Assembly: GCA_963847625.1 (NCBI GenBank)
Contig: CAWKAR010000039.1
Location: 160,001-224,000 of the forward strand
Reading direction: 5' to 3'
DNA length: 64,000 nt
Source: a candidate division FCPU426 bacterium
GTDB taxonomy: Bacteria > Oederibacteriota > Muellerivitia > Muellerivitales > Muellerivitaceae
Shown one piece after another: positions 25,966 through 35,218 of this stretch (positions within the stretch are counted from its first letter, which is position 1; each line of letters starts with the position of its first letter). The position numbers were made by a program, and so were the translations under genes. Under the pieces are notes generated by a model. That model had not been told where the DNA came from. It was given only the letters and a program-made list of their open reading frames with translations, and searched no databases.

Positions 25966-28224
25966 GTGTTAAAACAAACAATAAATAGCATGAGGGCAAA
26001 CACAGGCGTGATATGTTTTATAGCTATCCTGGTTTTGCCGGTATTGCCGGCGTTTGCTGACCATGGGGCGCTGACAAGCACGGATCGGGATGGATGGGTT
26101 GATTCCGCCATCCAGGACGTGGTGGATGCCGGGCTGGCTTCCCAACCTGTTAAACCCGTGAACCAGTTGACTAACCTGGAAGTGGCCCAGATGACCTGTT
26201 TGGCGGCCCAATCCTGGATGGCCCAGGACCGCGAAACGCTGACTTCCGGGGGCTCAGATACCAAGACTCAAACCGGGACGGCGGACCGGAGCCTCCAAAA
26301 ACTCGTAGATGAATTCAAAATCGAATTAGAGGCCATGGATTTAGACGTGTCCCACTTGGTGGATAGGTATTACGACATCCTGCACCGCAACGAAAAATTT
26401 GAAACGCTCCAGAAGGAATACCTGAAACAGACCGGAACCAACTTGGCGGGCTATTCCCGGGCCTATTTCAATACGTACCGGGGTTTCGGCCCTAACGCCA
26501 TTTACGGCCCCATGGATTACAACGATATTCTGTTCGGGGATATCCGCTTGAAAAGCGTGCCGGTCCCTTTCGTGCTTTTCAACACGGACCTGCGTCTCAC
26601 GCGCACCATCGGCCTGCTTTACGCCGAACCCGTCAATCCCAACCTAACCTTGCGGTGGATATCCCTCACCAACACCAACGAAGTGGCCAACCTCACGGTG
26701 GGCGATTTTTACCGGAGCTATACGCCCCTGACCTTTTGGAACAACGAAATACCGGTTTACACCATGATCGAACCGGCCTCCTATAACCGCGCCCGAAAAG
26801 ACCTTGAGGAACTGGTTTACATGGACCATGGGCCCGATTGGCGCATGAGGGGTTTCGAAGGGGCTTCCGACCAGGCGGTCATTAACAGCGACGTGTTCAG
26901 CTCCTTTCATCTCCAAGCCATGGGAGGGATCGTGACCCCGGAATCCCAATATGTTTTTGCCAACGATTACGCCGGAAGCGAGGCCGCCATCGACCTATTT
27001 GGGGATAAATTTGAACTGAAGGGAAGCGGGTTGATGCTTTGGGCGGACACCAACTCGGCGGATTATTACCCGGGCATTACTCCCCCCGACCGGCAATACC
27101 AGGTTGGAAGCCTTTCGGCCAAGACGAATATTCCCTTCGGTAAGGCCGTCAGTTTCTCGGCGTCCGGGGAATACGCTTACAGCTTTTACCAGAATGATTC
27201 AGTCAACCTCCAAGACACCCTCAAGGATTGGGCGTTGGAAGCTAAAGGCGCCCTAGCTGTTGAAGGCGTCCAATTGTCCGGCAAGTACCTCAGTAACGGC
27301 CCTTATTTCTACTCACCCGGGGCACAAACCAACCGGTTTTCTCCGGATTTGGCGGGCAGTAGTTTCAACGTCCTGGATGACGGACTCAACGATTACTTAT
27401 CGGGTTTTGCTTTCCAAGGGGTCAATCAACAGATTTTTGAGCCCTATGACCGCATGTCGGAAAACATCCTACCTTACGGCGACGCAACCCCGGATCGAGA
27501 GGGTTTGATCCTGGGTTTCACCGCCGATATCGGAAAGGGAGGCTGGCTAAAACCCCAGGCGTCCTATGTGGTGAAAATGAAGGAACTCCAGCCTAATTAC
27601 GTATTAACCGGGACCGGCAATGAGGTTCTACCGGTGGACTCGGCAGAACCTGTGACCTCCATCCGGAGTTTTGGCGGGTATGAAGGGGCCTTGACGGTGA
27701 ACCTGGCCAAGGCCCTGGAAGGAACGCCTAAAACCTGTGCTTTGTCAGGGGATTACAAACACCAAACCACCGATCTGGGAACAGGAGCAAGTTCCTTTAT
27801 CGTCAATACCTATATCATCTGTGCGGACATCGGACCCTTCCCACAAGTCCCGCTTTTTGAGGGTTTGATTCTCTCGGCAGCTTATGAGCAGGCTGCTTCC
27901 AGCGGTTACGAGTACACATTGAACACCCCGGCGTTCACCCAGGCGGCCGATATTCCAACCTTGGCCGAATACTATTTCTATTTCAACAACCTTCCAACTA
28001 ATGCTAACCCATATAACCAGTCATATGATCCGAAAAACGCATTATACAAACTTCAACTCCTGGATTTCACCAAGACCTCCTGGGCTTTCGGGCTTAAATG
28101 TCCGGTGAGCCGCACCATAGTGGTTCATGGGGACTGGTTCATCAATGGTTACACCTGGAGCAATGTGCCGGGTTATGACCGGCGTGAACAGATATGGAGA
28201 GCGACTTGTGAAGTTTCTTTCTAA
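25966..28224 (+). CDS. Putative outer-membrane protein 2: SLH-like + coiled coil + beta-barrel
   Basis: Signal ending AFA; WVDSAIQDVVDAGL...LTNLEVAQM; LQKLVDEFKIELEAM; C-terminal TCEVSF; ATG at 25990 is an alternative start. Confidence 0.7.
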   Translation: MLKQTINSMRANTGVICFIAILVLPVLPAFADHGALTSTDRDGWVDSAIQDVVDAGLASQPVKPVNQLTNLEVAQMTCLAAQSWMAQDRETLTSGGSDTKTQTGTADRSLQKLVDEFKIELEAMDLDVSHLVDRYYDILHRNEKFETLQKEYLKQTGTNLAGYSRAYFNTYRGFGPNAIYGPMDYNDILFGDIRLKSVPVPFVLFNTDLRLTRTIGLLYAEPVNPNLTLRWISLTNTNEVANLTVGDFYRSYTPLTFWNNEIPVYTMIEPASYNRARKDLEELVYMDHGPDWRMRGFEGASDQAVINSDVFSSFHLQAMGGIVTPESQYVFANDYAGSEAAIDLFGDKFELKGSGLMLWADTNSADYYPGITPPDRQYQVGSLSAKTNIPFGKAVSFSASGEYAYSFYQNDSVNLQDTLKDWALEAKGALAVEGVQLSGKYLSNGPYFYSPGAQTNRFSPDLAGSSFNVLDDGLNDYLSGFAFQGVNQQIFEPYDRMSENILPYGDATPDREGLILGFTADIGKGGWLKPQASYVVKMKELQPNYVLTGTGNEVLPVDSAEPVTSIRSFGGYEGALTVNLAKALEGTPKTCALSGDYKHQTTDLGTGASSFIVNTYIICADIGPFPQVPLFEGLILSAAYEQAASSGYEYTLNTPAFTQAADIPTLAEYYFYFNNLPTNANPYNQSYDPKNALYKLQLLDFTKTSWAFGLKCPVSRTIVVHGDWFINGYTWSNVPGYDRREQIWRATCEVSF

Positions 28225-28258
28225 TGGAAAACTCTTTGAATGGGGGACCGAGCGGATC

Positions 28259-30571
28259 GTGAATAAAAGTAGAATTTCGTCCATATTCTCATTGATATTT
28301 CTTCTCCTGAGCCTGCCTTGGCTTGCGGAAGGGAATACTCCCGTTGATCTTTTCTCGATCGTATCGGCTGGCGATCCCGCTTATACGGAGTTGATAGAAT
28401 TGGCCGATGCGGGTTGGCTTTCCGCGAAAGATGTGACCCCTACCAGCTTGACGCGGTTTGACGTGGCCCAACTGATTCAAAAAGCGGAAAAAGCTTCCGG
28501 GGAACTCATCGTGGCCCAGGCGGCCGCGACCCCCGGCGTCTCCGATCAGGAAGACATGCTCCTGCCGGCGCAAGAGACAACGGCAGGCCCGGCCACCAGC
28601 GCGGGGCCCGCCACCCTGACCCCGGCCGATCGCGCACAAGCGCGTTTGAAGGCGGCCAAGGCCCTTCATAGTTTGGAAGAGGCTTACCGTTATGAGCTAC
28701 AGGAATTAAAAGATAAAGTGAAGGCTCTTCGGGCGAAAGCCTCCGACCTGGAATCCCAGCAGTACGACCTGAGGAAGAGACTGAAAGGTATTACCCAATA
28801 TCCCACGATCGCGGTGCACGGGTATGGGCTGGGGCTTGGCTATACCCAACAATATTCCGGGGATGAATCCGGATTGAAATTATTAAATCCAGGCACACGG
28901 TATACTTATGGTTTTTTAGATTTGCAACCAGAGGGAACTGTATCCAAGGAAGTGCGTTGGAGCGTTATTTTCAGGGTCGCATCCAACTTTCTACCTACTA
29001 CCACTGATTTTACTTTCAGCGTCTGCCGGATAACCCTGGAGTTCAATCCGTCCTGGCTTTCAGCCACTTTCGGCGATTTCGATGAAGCTTACACCCCTTT
29101 CACCTTATGGAACCGAAATACCCTGGATTTAAAATATGTCCCGGAAATGTGGGCCAGATGGGATTCCCGCGCGAAGTACGAAAACTTTTTCGACAACGAA
29201 CCTTATTGGCCTTTCCGGGGTTTGAGGTTGGGGGAGGCCCTGATGTGGCCCGATTCGGACTTGCTGGAATCGCTCAAGGTTTCCGGCTTTATTCATATGA
29301 TCCGCAATGGATTTAACGACAACGGAGGCTGGTATTACGGATCCGGTCAATATACGGATTGGATTTTCGGGGGAACCGCTGGTTTGAAATCCCCCCAATG
29401 GTACCTGGGTTCAAGGACCCTTCAGTTGAGTGTGGATACCTACGGACTCATCCTGGACGAATCCTTGGATACCGAACTACCGGGTGCTCCTTACGACCCG
29501 CTGAATCCCCTGACTTGGGCGCATCAATACCTGACCGGCAGCGTCAAACCCGACGTGAAGGTCGGACTAGGGGATGATTGCTACGCAGGAGGGACGGCCG
29601 AGTATGCTTATTCCCGCTACCAGGACGACAAGAGGGACCCCGACCGCATGATCGGGGATTACGCGGTCATGGCCGGACCTTACCTGCAGTTTTCGGATTC
29701 CAGGGTTTCGGTGAATTATCTGAATGTGGGGCCTTATTATTATTCACCTTTGGCCCAGACACGCCAGGACGCGGCAAATGCGGGTACCACCCTTTCCCCC
29801 GACCTTTATGAGCCCGTCCTGCGCAGCCAGTATTTCCTCACGAATGTTCCGAATCCCGGTGCCATATTCGGTTATTACGACCGGACCCAGGACAACACTT
29901 TTCCCTACGGTTTGGCCACCCCCAACCGGGAAGGATTCGGATTGGACGCGGACCTGAAGGTATTGAAAAAAGATTCCTTGAAGATAAAGGGGTCGGCCTA
30001 TTGGGTCAAAGAAATCACCGGCAACATGGTCATCAATACCCTCGGGACGGGGTATGTCCCGGTGGACAGCCCAGCCAACACCTATCTGGTGCCGGTCCGC
30101 AACTTCACCTACATCAACGTGGGGCCCTCCTTCAACCTAGGCCCTTACTTGGGCCTTGACCGGGATTTGGAACTTGGTACCAACCTGCGTTACGAGCGAA
30201 CCACCAGCGACTTGGGGACCCTTAACAGCGCCTGGATCATTGGAGGAATCCGGGTGGATCTTTTACCGGTGTGGGAAATCTCGGCGGCATTCAGTCAACA
30301 GAACGCCAAGGGAACCGAAGCCGGGTTAGGTGGCACTCTTTGGGCCCGATACCCCTACTTGTATGATTATTCGGACTTGGGTAATTATTCACCGGTCCAG
30401 GTGGACGGGAATATCCAAAGTCTGAGATTTTCCAACGTTTTCAAGGTCAACCGGAATTCCGACATCTTCATTGATTACGATTGGACCTCGGGAAACATGC
30501 TGCCGACAAAACCCGTCCAGGGAACGTTGGTGAACCAATTTATCGAGTTAAGCTATGAAGTCCGGTTTTAA
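28259..30571 (+). CDS. Putative outer-membrane protein 3: SLH-like + coiled coil + beta-barrel, paralogue of protein 2
   Basis: GTG at 28259 precedes a signal peptide and removes the overlap with the upstream gene; V.AGDPAY..L..LADAGW...LTRFDVAQLIQKA; C-terminal LSYEVRF. Confidence 0.7.
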   Translation: MNKSRISSIFSLIFLLLSLPWLAEGNTPVDLFSIVSAGDPAYTELIELADAGWLSAKDVTPTSLTRFDVAQLIQKAEKASGELIVAQAAATPGVSDQEDMLLPAQETTAGPATSAGPATLTPADRAQARLKAAKALHSLEEAYRYELQELKDKVKALRAKASDLESQQYDLRKRLKGITQYPTIAVHGYGLGLGYTQQYSGDESGLKLLNPGTRYTYGFLDLQPEGTVSKEVRWSVIFRVASNFLPTTTDFTFSVCRITLEFNPSWLSATFGDFDEAYTPFTLWNRNTLDLKYVPEMWARWDSRAKYENFFDNEPYWPFRGLRLGEALMWPDSDLLESLKVSGFIHMIRNGFNDNGGWYYGSGQYTDWIFGGTAGLKSPQWYLGSRTLQLSVDTYGLILDESLDTELPGAPYDPLNPLTWAHQYLTGSVKPDVKVGLGDDCYAGGTAEYAYSRYQDDKRDPDRMIGDYAVMAGPYLQFSDSRVSVNYLNVGPYYYSPLAQTRQDAANAGTTLSPDLYEPVLRSQYFLTNVPNPGAIFGYYDRTQDNTFPYGLATPNREGFGLDADLKVLKKDSLKIKGSAYWVKEITGNMVINTLGTGYVPVDSPANTYLVPVRNFTYINVGPSFNLGPYLGLDRDLELGTNLRYERTTSDLGTLNSAWIIGGIRVDLLPVWEISAAFSQQNAKGTEAGLGGTLWARYPYLYDYSDLGNYSPVQVDGNIQSLRFSNVFKVNRNSDIFIDYDWTSGNMLPTKPVQGTLVNQFIELSYEVRF

Positions 30572-30637
30572 ATGTTGTCAAAAACAGGTTAAAGTGTTAC
30601 GGGAAACATATCTGAACCCGAAGAAGGGGATAGAACC

Positions 30638-31312
30638 ATGAATGCAAAATTATTCAAGAATTTGGGCTTAGCCGCCTTGGGCCTATTGTCGTTATTATTT
30701 CTTTACCAGGGTTGTACTACGAAAATTCCAACCTTGTCAGCGATGAAATCCTATCCCTCTTCTTGTCAACCCCTCCTTTTGAACGCTTTTGAGAGTTTAG
30801 ATAATTTAAGTTCTTCCAATCCAAGTGGTTCCTCCACCATAACTGCCAATCTAACCCTTTCTCCCCTGCACGTGACACAAGGTGTATCTTCTTTGGATAT
30901 CGATATTTATAACCCTCCCCTAGCATCACCAGGTGTCGTCTATAATTGGAACGATCAAATCTTATACGATACTTTAACCCCGCCCCAACCAACAACTTGG
31001 GCAAATTTTACCCAAGCTATCGCAGATGTTTACATTGATCCCAGCGTGATTGCAGGAGCAACTTACCATTCACTTAATCTCTACGCCAAAGCGAGTAGTG
31101 GCAATTACCAATCCCTTTGCTCCAACCAACCCAGTATCACGTCAGGGCAACAATCAATCACTTGGGTAATTGACTCCATCCCATCCGGTGCGACACTTAC
31201 GGTTATTTTCTTAATTCTCAACGCCAATACCACCAACGGAAGTGGAAACATCTACCTGGACAATCTCCGGTTGGTTTATAAAGAATGCCCGACTCCCACA
31301 CCCATTCCTTGA
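30638..31312 (+). CDS. Small lipoprotein with a single CBM-like domain (low GC)
   Basis: Lipobox-like YQGC; HVTQGVSSL.I and GNIYLDNLRL motifs; ends in a Thr/Pro stub. Confidence 0.75.
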   Translation: MNAKLFKNLGLAALGLLSLLFLYQGCTTKIPTLSAMKSYPSSCQPLLLNAFESLDNLSSSNPSGSSTITANLTLSPLHVTQGVSSLDIDIYNPPLASPGVVYNWNDQILYDTLTPPQPTTWANFTQAIADVYIDPSVIAGATYHSLNLYAKASSGNYQSLCSNQPSITSGQQSITWVIDSIPSGATLTVIFLILNANTTNGSGNIYLDNLRLVYKECPTPTPIP

Positions 31313-31564
31313 CCCACATTTCTTATCAATAAATAGTTACAATCTTTCAAAGTTTAAATCCTTTCCGAATTTATTTTCTGGCATTGTTCTTAGTGCCTCC
31401 AAAGCTTATTCCTGAAAGCCTGAACCTATCAATTATGAATAGAAATGAGAAATGAAGCCCGGCAATCTTATAATGATCTTATTCAATGTCTTTGTGGTCC
31501 GTTTGTAAACCGAACGGTTGTTTTAATTTTAAAAACTTTCGGTGCCATGCCGTAGAATACCAGA

Positions 31565-33652
31565 ATGGTAAAAACGGAAAGCCTATCCACAAAGGAAAAA
31601 GGTTTCTTATGCTTGGGAGTGGTTTGGGCGGGATTGGTTTTCATCCATTATTATTCCTGGTCTTCCCTGGCTGATTTTGCCTTTCTCAAGACTCTCGCCG
31701 CAGACTTGAAGCGGGGCACTGATTTCCGGTTTCAATCAAACGGACTTTCTTTCCTGAAAAACCTTCTTTTAACGCTGAATATCTGGCTCACCCTCTGGAT
31801 GTGGGGCCGGCGGTTCAGGAAATGGCTGGGCCTTTCCCTGGGAAACAGAGCTATAAAGATTTCGGCGGAATTCGCCCTGGGCGTGGCGGGGGCCAACGCC
31901 CTTTGGCTCGGGACGGGGTTGTCCCATCTTTGGTTCCAAATCCTGCTTTTTCCACTGGCCCTTGCGGCTTGGGGAACGGCTCTTTTTGATTTTTTCTTCA
32001 CCCTCATGGATCGTCCCGCTCTCAAGCCGGCTTTTCCGAAAGAAATTCCATTACGTTTATTATTTCTTCTCGGGATTCTTTCGGGTTTGTTTTCCCTGGC
32101 CCAGGGTGCGATCCCCGAGGTTTATTTCGACAGCTTGGCCTACCACCTGTCCACGCTGAGTTATTGGATTTTCCACCATGGAATTTCGGATTTCCCCACC
32201 AACCTTTATTCCTATTATCCCTTCGGGGGAGAGCTGTATTTCCTGAACGGCCTTTTCTTCCAGGGAACCGAGGCCGCCAAGACACTGAACGCCCTGGCAG
32301 CGGGAGCCTGCCTCATGGCCGCGGCGGGTTGGGTGACGGAAATGGCCGGGGCTTCTTCTGGCTTCCTGGTTTTCGGCATGATCGCTGCTTTTCCCCTGGT
32401 TTCCACGACCGTTTGGACCACCCAAATCGACGTCTTATTGTGTTTTTATCTGATCCTCTTTTTTTACGCCCTGACTCGGTGGGTCAAGCGCGATCCGCGT
32501 TGGGCTATTGCAGCCGCCCTCTTCGGAGGGACTGCGCTGACAATGAAATACACCGCAATTATAGGTGTCCTGGCGGGACTCGCCGTTTTGGGATTATTTC
32601 TTAAAACCCGCGGGCGGAAGAGATCCTTCCCCTCAGGTTGGATTCTTCTTGTAGCGATGATAGCCGGAGCCCTTATCCCGTGGTTTCTGAAAAATTATCT
32701 CTATTCCGGAAACCCTTTTTATCCCTATTTATCCCTGCTCTTTGGCGGGAAAAGTCTACCGCCGGTAAATCATCAGGCCCTCATGGGGGACCACGCGTCG
32801 GTCTGGGGATCGGGAGAGTCTTTCGGGCGGTGGTTTCAATTGATATTCATCAGGGACTTGGCCCAGTCCATCGCGCCCCTGCTCTTTTCATTCCTTCCTT
32901 TCTTGTTCTTCCGCTTCTCCCTCAGTGAGCCCATTCGGAAGCTGGCGATATTGAGCGTTCTTTACCTGGGCATGAGCTTCGGCATATCCCATCAATTGCG
33001 GCTGGCAATGCCGGCCATCCTGTTATGTCTCATGACTATGGTTTTTGTCCTCTCGGAAATTAAAAAAAAACCCGTCCTTCGGACTTGGACCCTTATTTCC
33101 CTCCTTTTCGGGTTGATCGGTTTCCTTTCCCTTTGCCGGTTAAGCTCGGTTTATTACCAAAGCCAGAAAATCTGGTTCGGGGAGGAACTCCATTCGGAGT
33201 TTCTCGCCCATTCTCCCCTCGCCGATTCCTATTACGGTTTGACCGAGGCCTGTGCTCGCCTGCTCCCGCCGGAAGGCCGGGTCCTAGTCGCGGGGGATGG
33301 CCGCGGGCTTTATTACCGCCAGCCTTTCCTTACCAACAGCGCATTTGACGAGCAAGCTTTGGCTTCTCTCGCCCGGCGGGAGAGGAGCGGCGATGGGATT
33401 TACCTGGGTCTTAAAAAAATGGGCGTGGATGCCTTGGCGGTTTCCGGACAGGAAGGCATTCGCCTGTCCCGGAATTACCCTTATGTTTATTCGCTGACCT
33501 TGGAGGAATGGGACCGATTGGACGATTTTATCCAGCGGTATTGCGATCTTTGTTATTTCGAGGGAAGCAACGGTATTTACCGCGTGCGTGTGGCTCCGGC
33601 GAAACGGAAAATCCGGATTCCCGACCTTTTATTGCTCTTTAGAAAGGGCTGA
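31565..33652 (+). CDS. Multi-pass membrane protein, GT-C-fold glycosyltransferase-like
   Basis: Many TM segments; FDSLAYHL, YPFGGE, KYTA and PWFLKNYLYSGNPFYP motifs. Confidence 0.75.
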   Translation: MVKTESLSTKEKGFLCLGVVWAGLVFIHYYSWSSLADFAFLKTLAADLKRGTDFRFQSNGLSFLKNLLLTLNIWLTLWMWGRRFRKWLGLSLGNRAIKISAEFALGVAGANALWLGTGLSHLWFQILLFPLALAAWGTALFDFFFTLMDRPALKPAFPKEIPLRLLFLLGILSGLFSLAQGAIPEVYFDSLAYHLSTLSYWIFHHGISDFPTNLYSYYPFGGELYFLNGLFFQGTEAAKTLNALAAGACLMAAAGWVTEMAGASSGFLVFGMIAAFPLVSTTVWTTQIDVLLCFYLILFFYALTRWVKRDPRWAIAAALFGGTALTMKYTAIIGVLAGLAVLGLFLKTRGRKRSFPSGWILLVAMIAGALIPWFLKNYLYSGNPFYPYLSLLFGGKSLPPVNHQALMGDHASVWGSGESFGRWFQLIFIRDLAQSIAPLLFSFLPFLFFRFSLSEPIRKLAILSVLYLGMSFGISHQLRLAMPAILLCLMTMVFVLSEIKKKPVLRTWTLISLLFGLIGFLSLCRLSSVYYQSQKIWFGEELHSEFLAHSPLADSYYGLTEACARLLPPEGRVLVAGDGRGLYYRQPFLTNSAFDEQALASLARRERSGDGIYLGLKKMGVDALAVSGQEGIRLSRNYPYVYSLTLEEWDRLDDFIQRYCDLCYFEGSNGIYRVRVAPAKRKIRIPDLLLLFRKG

Positions 33653-33742
33653 AAATAAATTCTTTTTCGCTTAAATGACATGCTGTTTTCCCGGTTATTA
33701 TAGGGACTGTTTTCATCCTCGATCTCGAAAGGGAGGACAACT

Positions 33743-35092
33743 ATGGCTGAACCCCTAGTGGCAATTCTCCTCGCGGCGGGCAAGGGTACCCGCATGAACT
33801 CCAAGATTCCAAAAGTGCTCCATGAAGTCGCGGGCCAACCCATGGTCGAATACGCCCTCCAAAACGCCCTGGCGGCGGGCGCCTTCCGCGTTTACGCGGT
33901 GGTGGACTCGAATTCTGGCGAGACCGTCCGGTACCTGGGAAAAAGGGTCGTGCCGATTGTCCAGAAAAAAAAGCTCGGCACGGGCCACGCCGTTCAGCAG
34001 GCCTTGCCTTACCTGAAATCCTTCCGGGGAAACGTGCTGGTGCTTTGCGCGGACGCGTGCCTGGTTAGGCCCCAAACGGTCCAGGCCCTCCGCCAATTCC
34101 ATCGTCTTCAAAACGGGGCCCTGACCCTTTTGACGGCCCGGGTGGAGGACCCCTACGGATACGACCGTATCCTGAGGGGGAGCGAAGGTCAGGTGGAACG
34201 AATCGTCGATGAGAGGGAAGCCAATGAGACCGAAAGGCGCATCAACGAGATCAACGCCGGGGTATATCTTTTCAAGGCGAAAGCCCTGACGGCCGCCTTG
34301 AAGCAATTGAAGCCGAACAACGTCAAGGGGGAATATTACCTGACCGACACCATCCACCTGGTCTTGTCCAGCGGGGAAAGGGTCGACGCGCTCATGGTGC
34401 CCGACCGGTCGGAGGTACTGGGGGTCAACGACCGGTCCCAATTAGCCCGGGCCCACCGCACCCTGAACCTCCGGAGGATCGAGGAGCACCAGGGAAACGG
34501 GGTGACCTTCCTGGCCGCCTCCACGGTGGAGATTGGGCCCCGGGTGATCATCGGTTGCGATACGGTCATCGGGGGAAACGTAAGGCTGGCGGGTGAGACA
34601 TCGCTGGGCGAGCGATGCCGGGTGGAACCGGGAAGCTTTGTGGATTCCTCGATCTTGGGCCGGGGCGTAACGGTGAAATCCTCGCGAATCGTCGAGAGCC
34701 GGCTGGGCGATAACTGCGACGCGGGGCCTTTCGCACACATCCGAGGGGAAAGCCGACTGGGGGATAACGTTCATGTGGGGACCAACACCGAGTTGAAGAA
34801 TGCTCGAATCGGGAATGGAAGCAAGGTGGGCCACTTCTCCTACGTGGGGGACGCGGTTTTAGGCAAGGACGTGAACGTGGGGGCGGGATGTGTTTTCGCC
34901 AACTTCGACGGGAAGAAAAAGCATGAGAGCCGGGTGGGGGACGGGGCTTTCCTGGGGAGCAATTCCACCCTGGTGGCTCCGGTGCGGATTGGGGCCAAAG
35001 CGGTGGTTGGCGCTGGCGCGGTCGTGACCCGGGATGTTCCGGCACGCACAACAGTCGTGGGTGTCCCTGCTAAGCCGGTTCAGAAGCCTTAA
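33743..35092 (+). CDS. glmU: Bifunctional UDP-GlcNAc pyrophosphorylase/glucosamine-1-P acetyltransferase
   Basis: LAAGKGTRM.S..PKVLH, LGTGHAV, EYYLTD, GVNDR, hexapeptide repeats, HFSYVGDA. Confidence 0.95.
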   Translation: MAEPLVAILLAAGKGTRMNSKIPKVLHEVAGQPMVEYALQNALAAGAFRVYAVVDSNSGETVRYLGKRVVPIVQKKKLGTGHAVQQALPYLKSFRGNVLVLCADACLVRPQTVQALRQFHRLQNGALTLLTARVEDPYGYDRILRGSEGQVERIVDEREANETERRINEINAGVYLFKAKALTAALKQLKPNNVKGEYYLTDTIHLVLSSGERVDALMVPDRSEVLGVNDRSQLARAHRTLNLRRIEEHQGNGVTFLAASTVEIGPRVIIGCDTVIGGNVRLAGETSLGERCRVEPGSFVDSSILGRGVTVKSSRIVESRLGDNCDAGPFAHIRGESRLGDNVHVGTNTELKNARIGNGSKVGHFSYVGDAVLGKDVNVGAGCVFANFDGKKKHESRVGDGAFLGSNSTLVAPVRIGAKAVVGAGAVVTRDVPARTTVVGVPAKPVQKP

Positions 35093-35218
35093 ATAAAGAA
35101 CTCTTTTACCAAAAGTTCAAGGTTGGTTTTGAGAATTCCCCTGAATTTAGTTTTCCTTGGCCCCTTCGGGTCTTGGTGGTAAAATTCGTCTTTCTATTTT
35201 TACTTTTTAGGAGCATCC

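Noticed and set aside
23305..30571. SusC/TonB-dependent receptors
   Set aside because: No recognisable plug or TonB-box motifs; the N-termini are SLH-like plus coiled coil instead. Needs HMM confirmation.
35093..35218. tRNA-Gln often found upstream of prs
   Set aside because: No cloverleaf or T-loop GTTCRA context visible.
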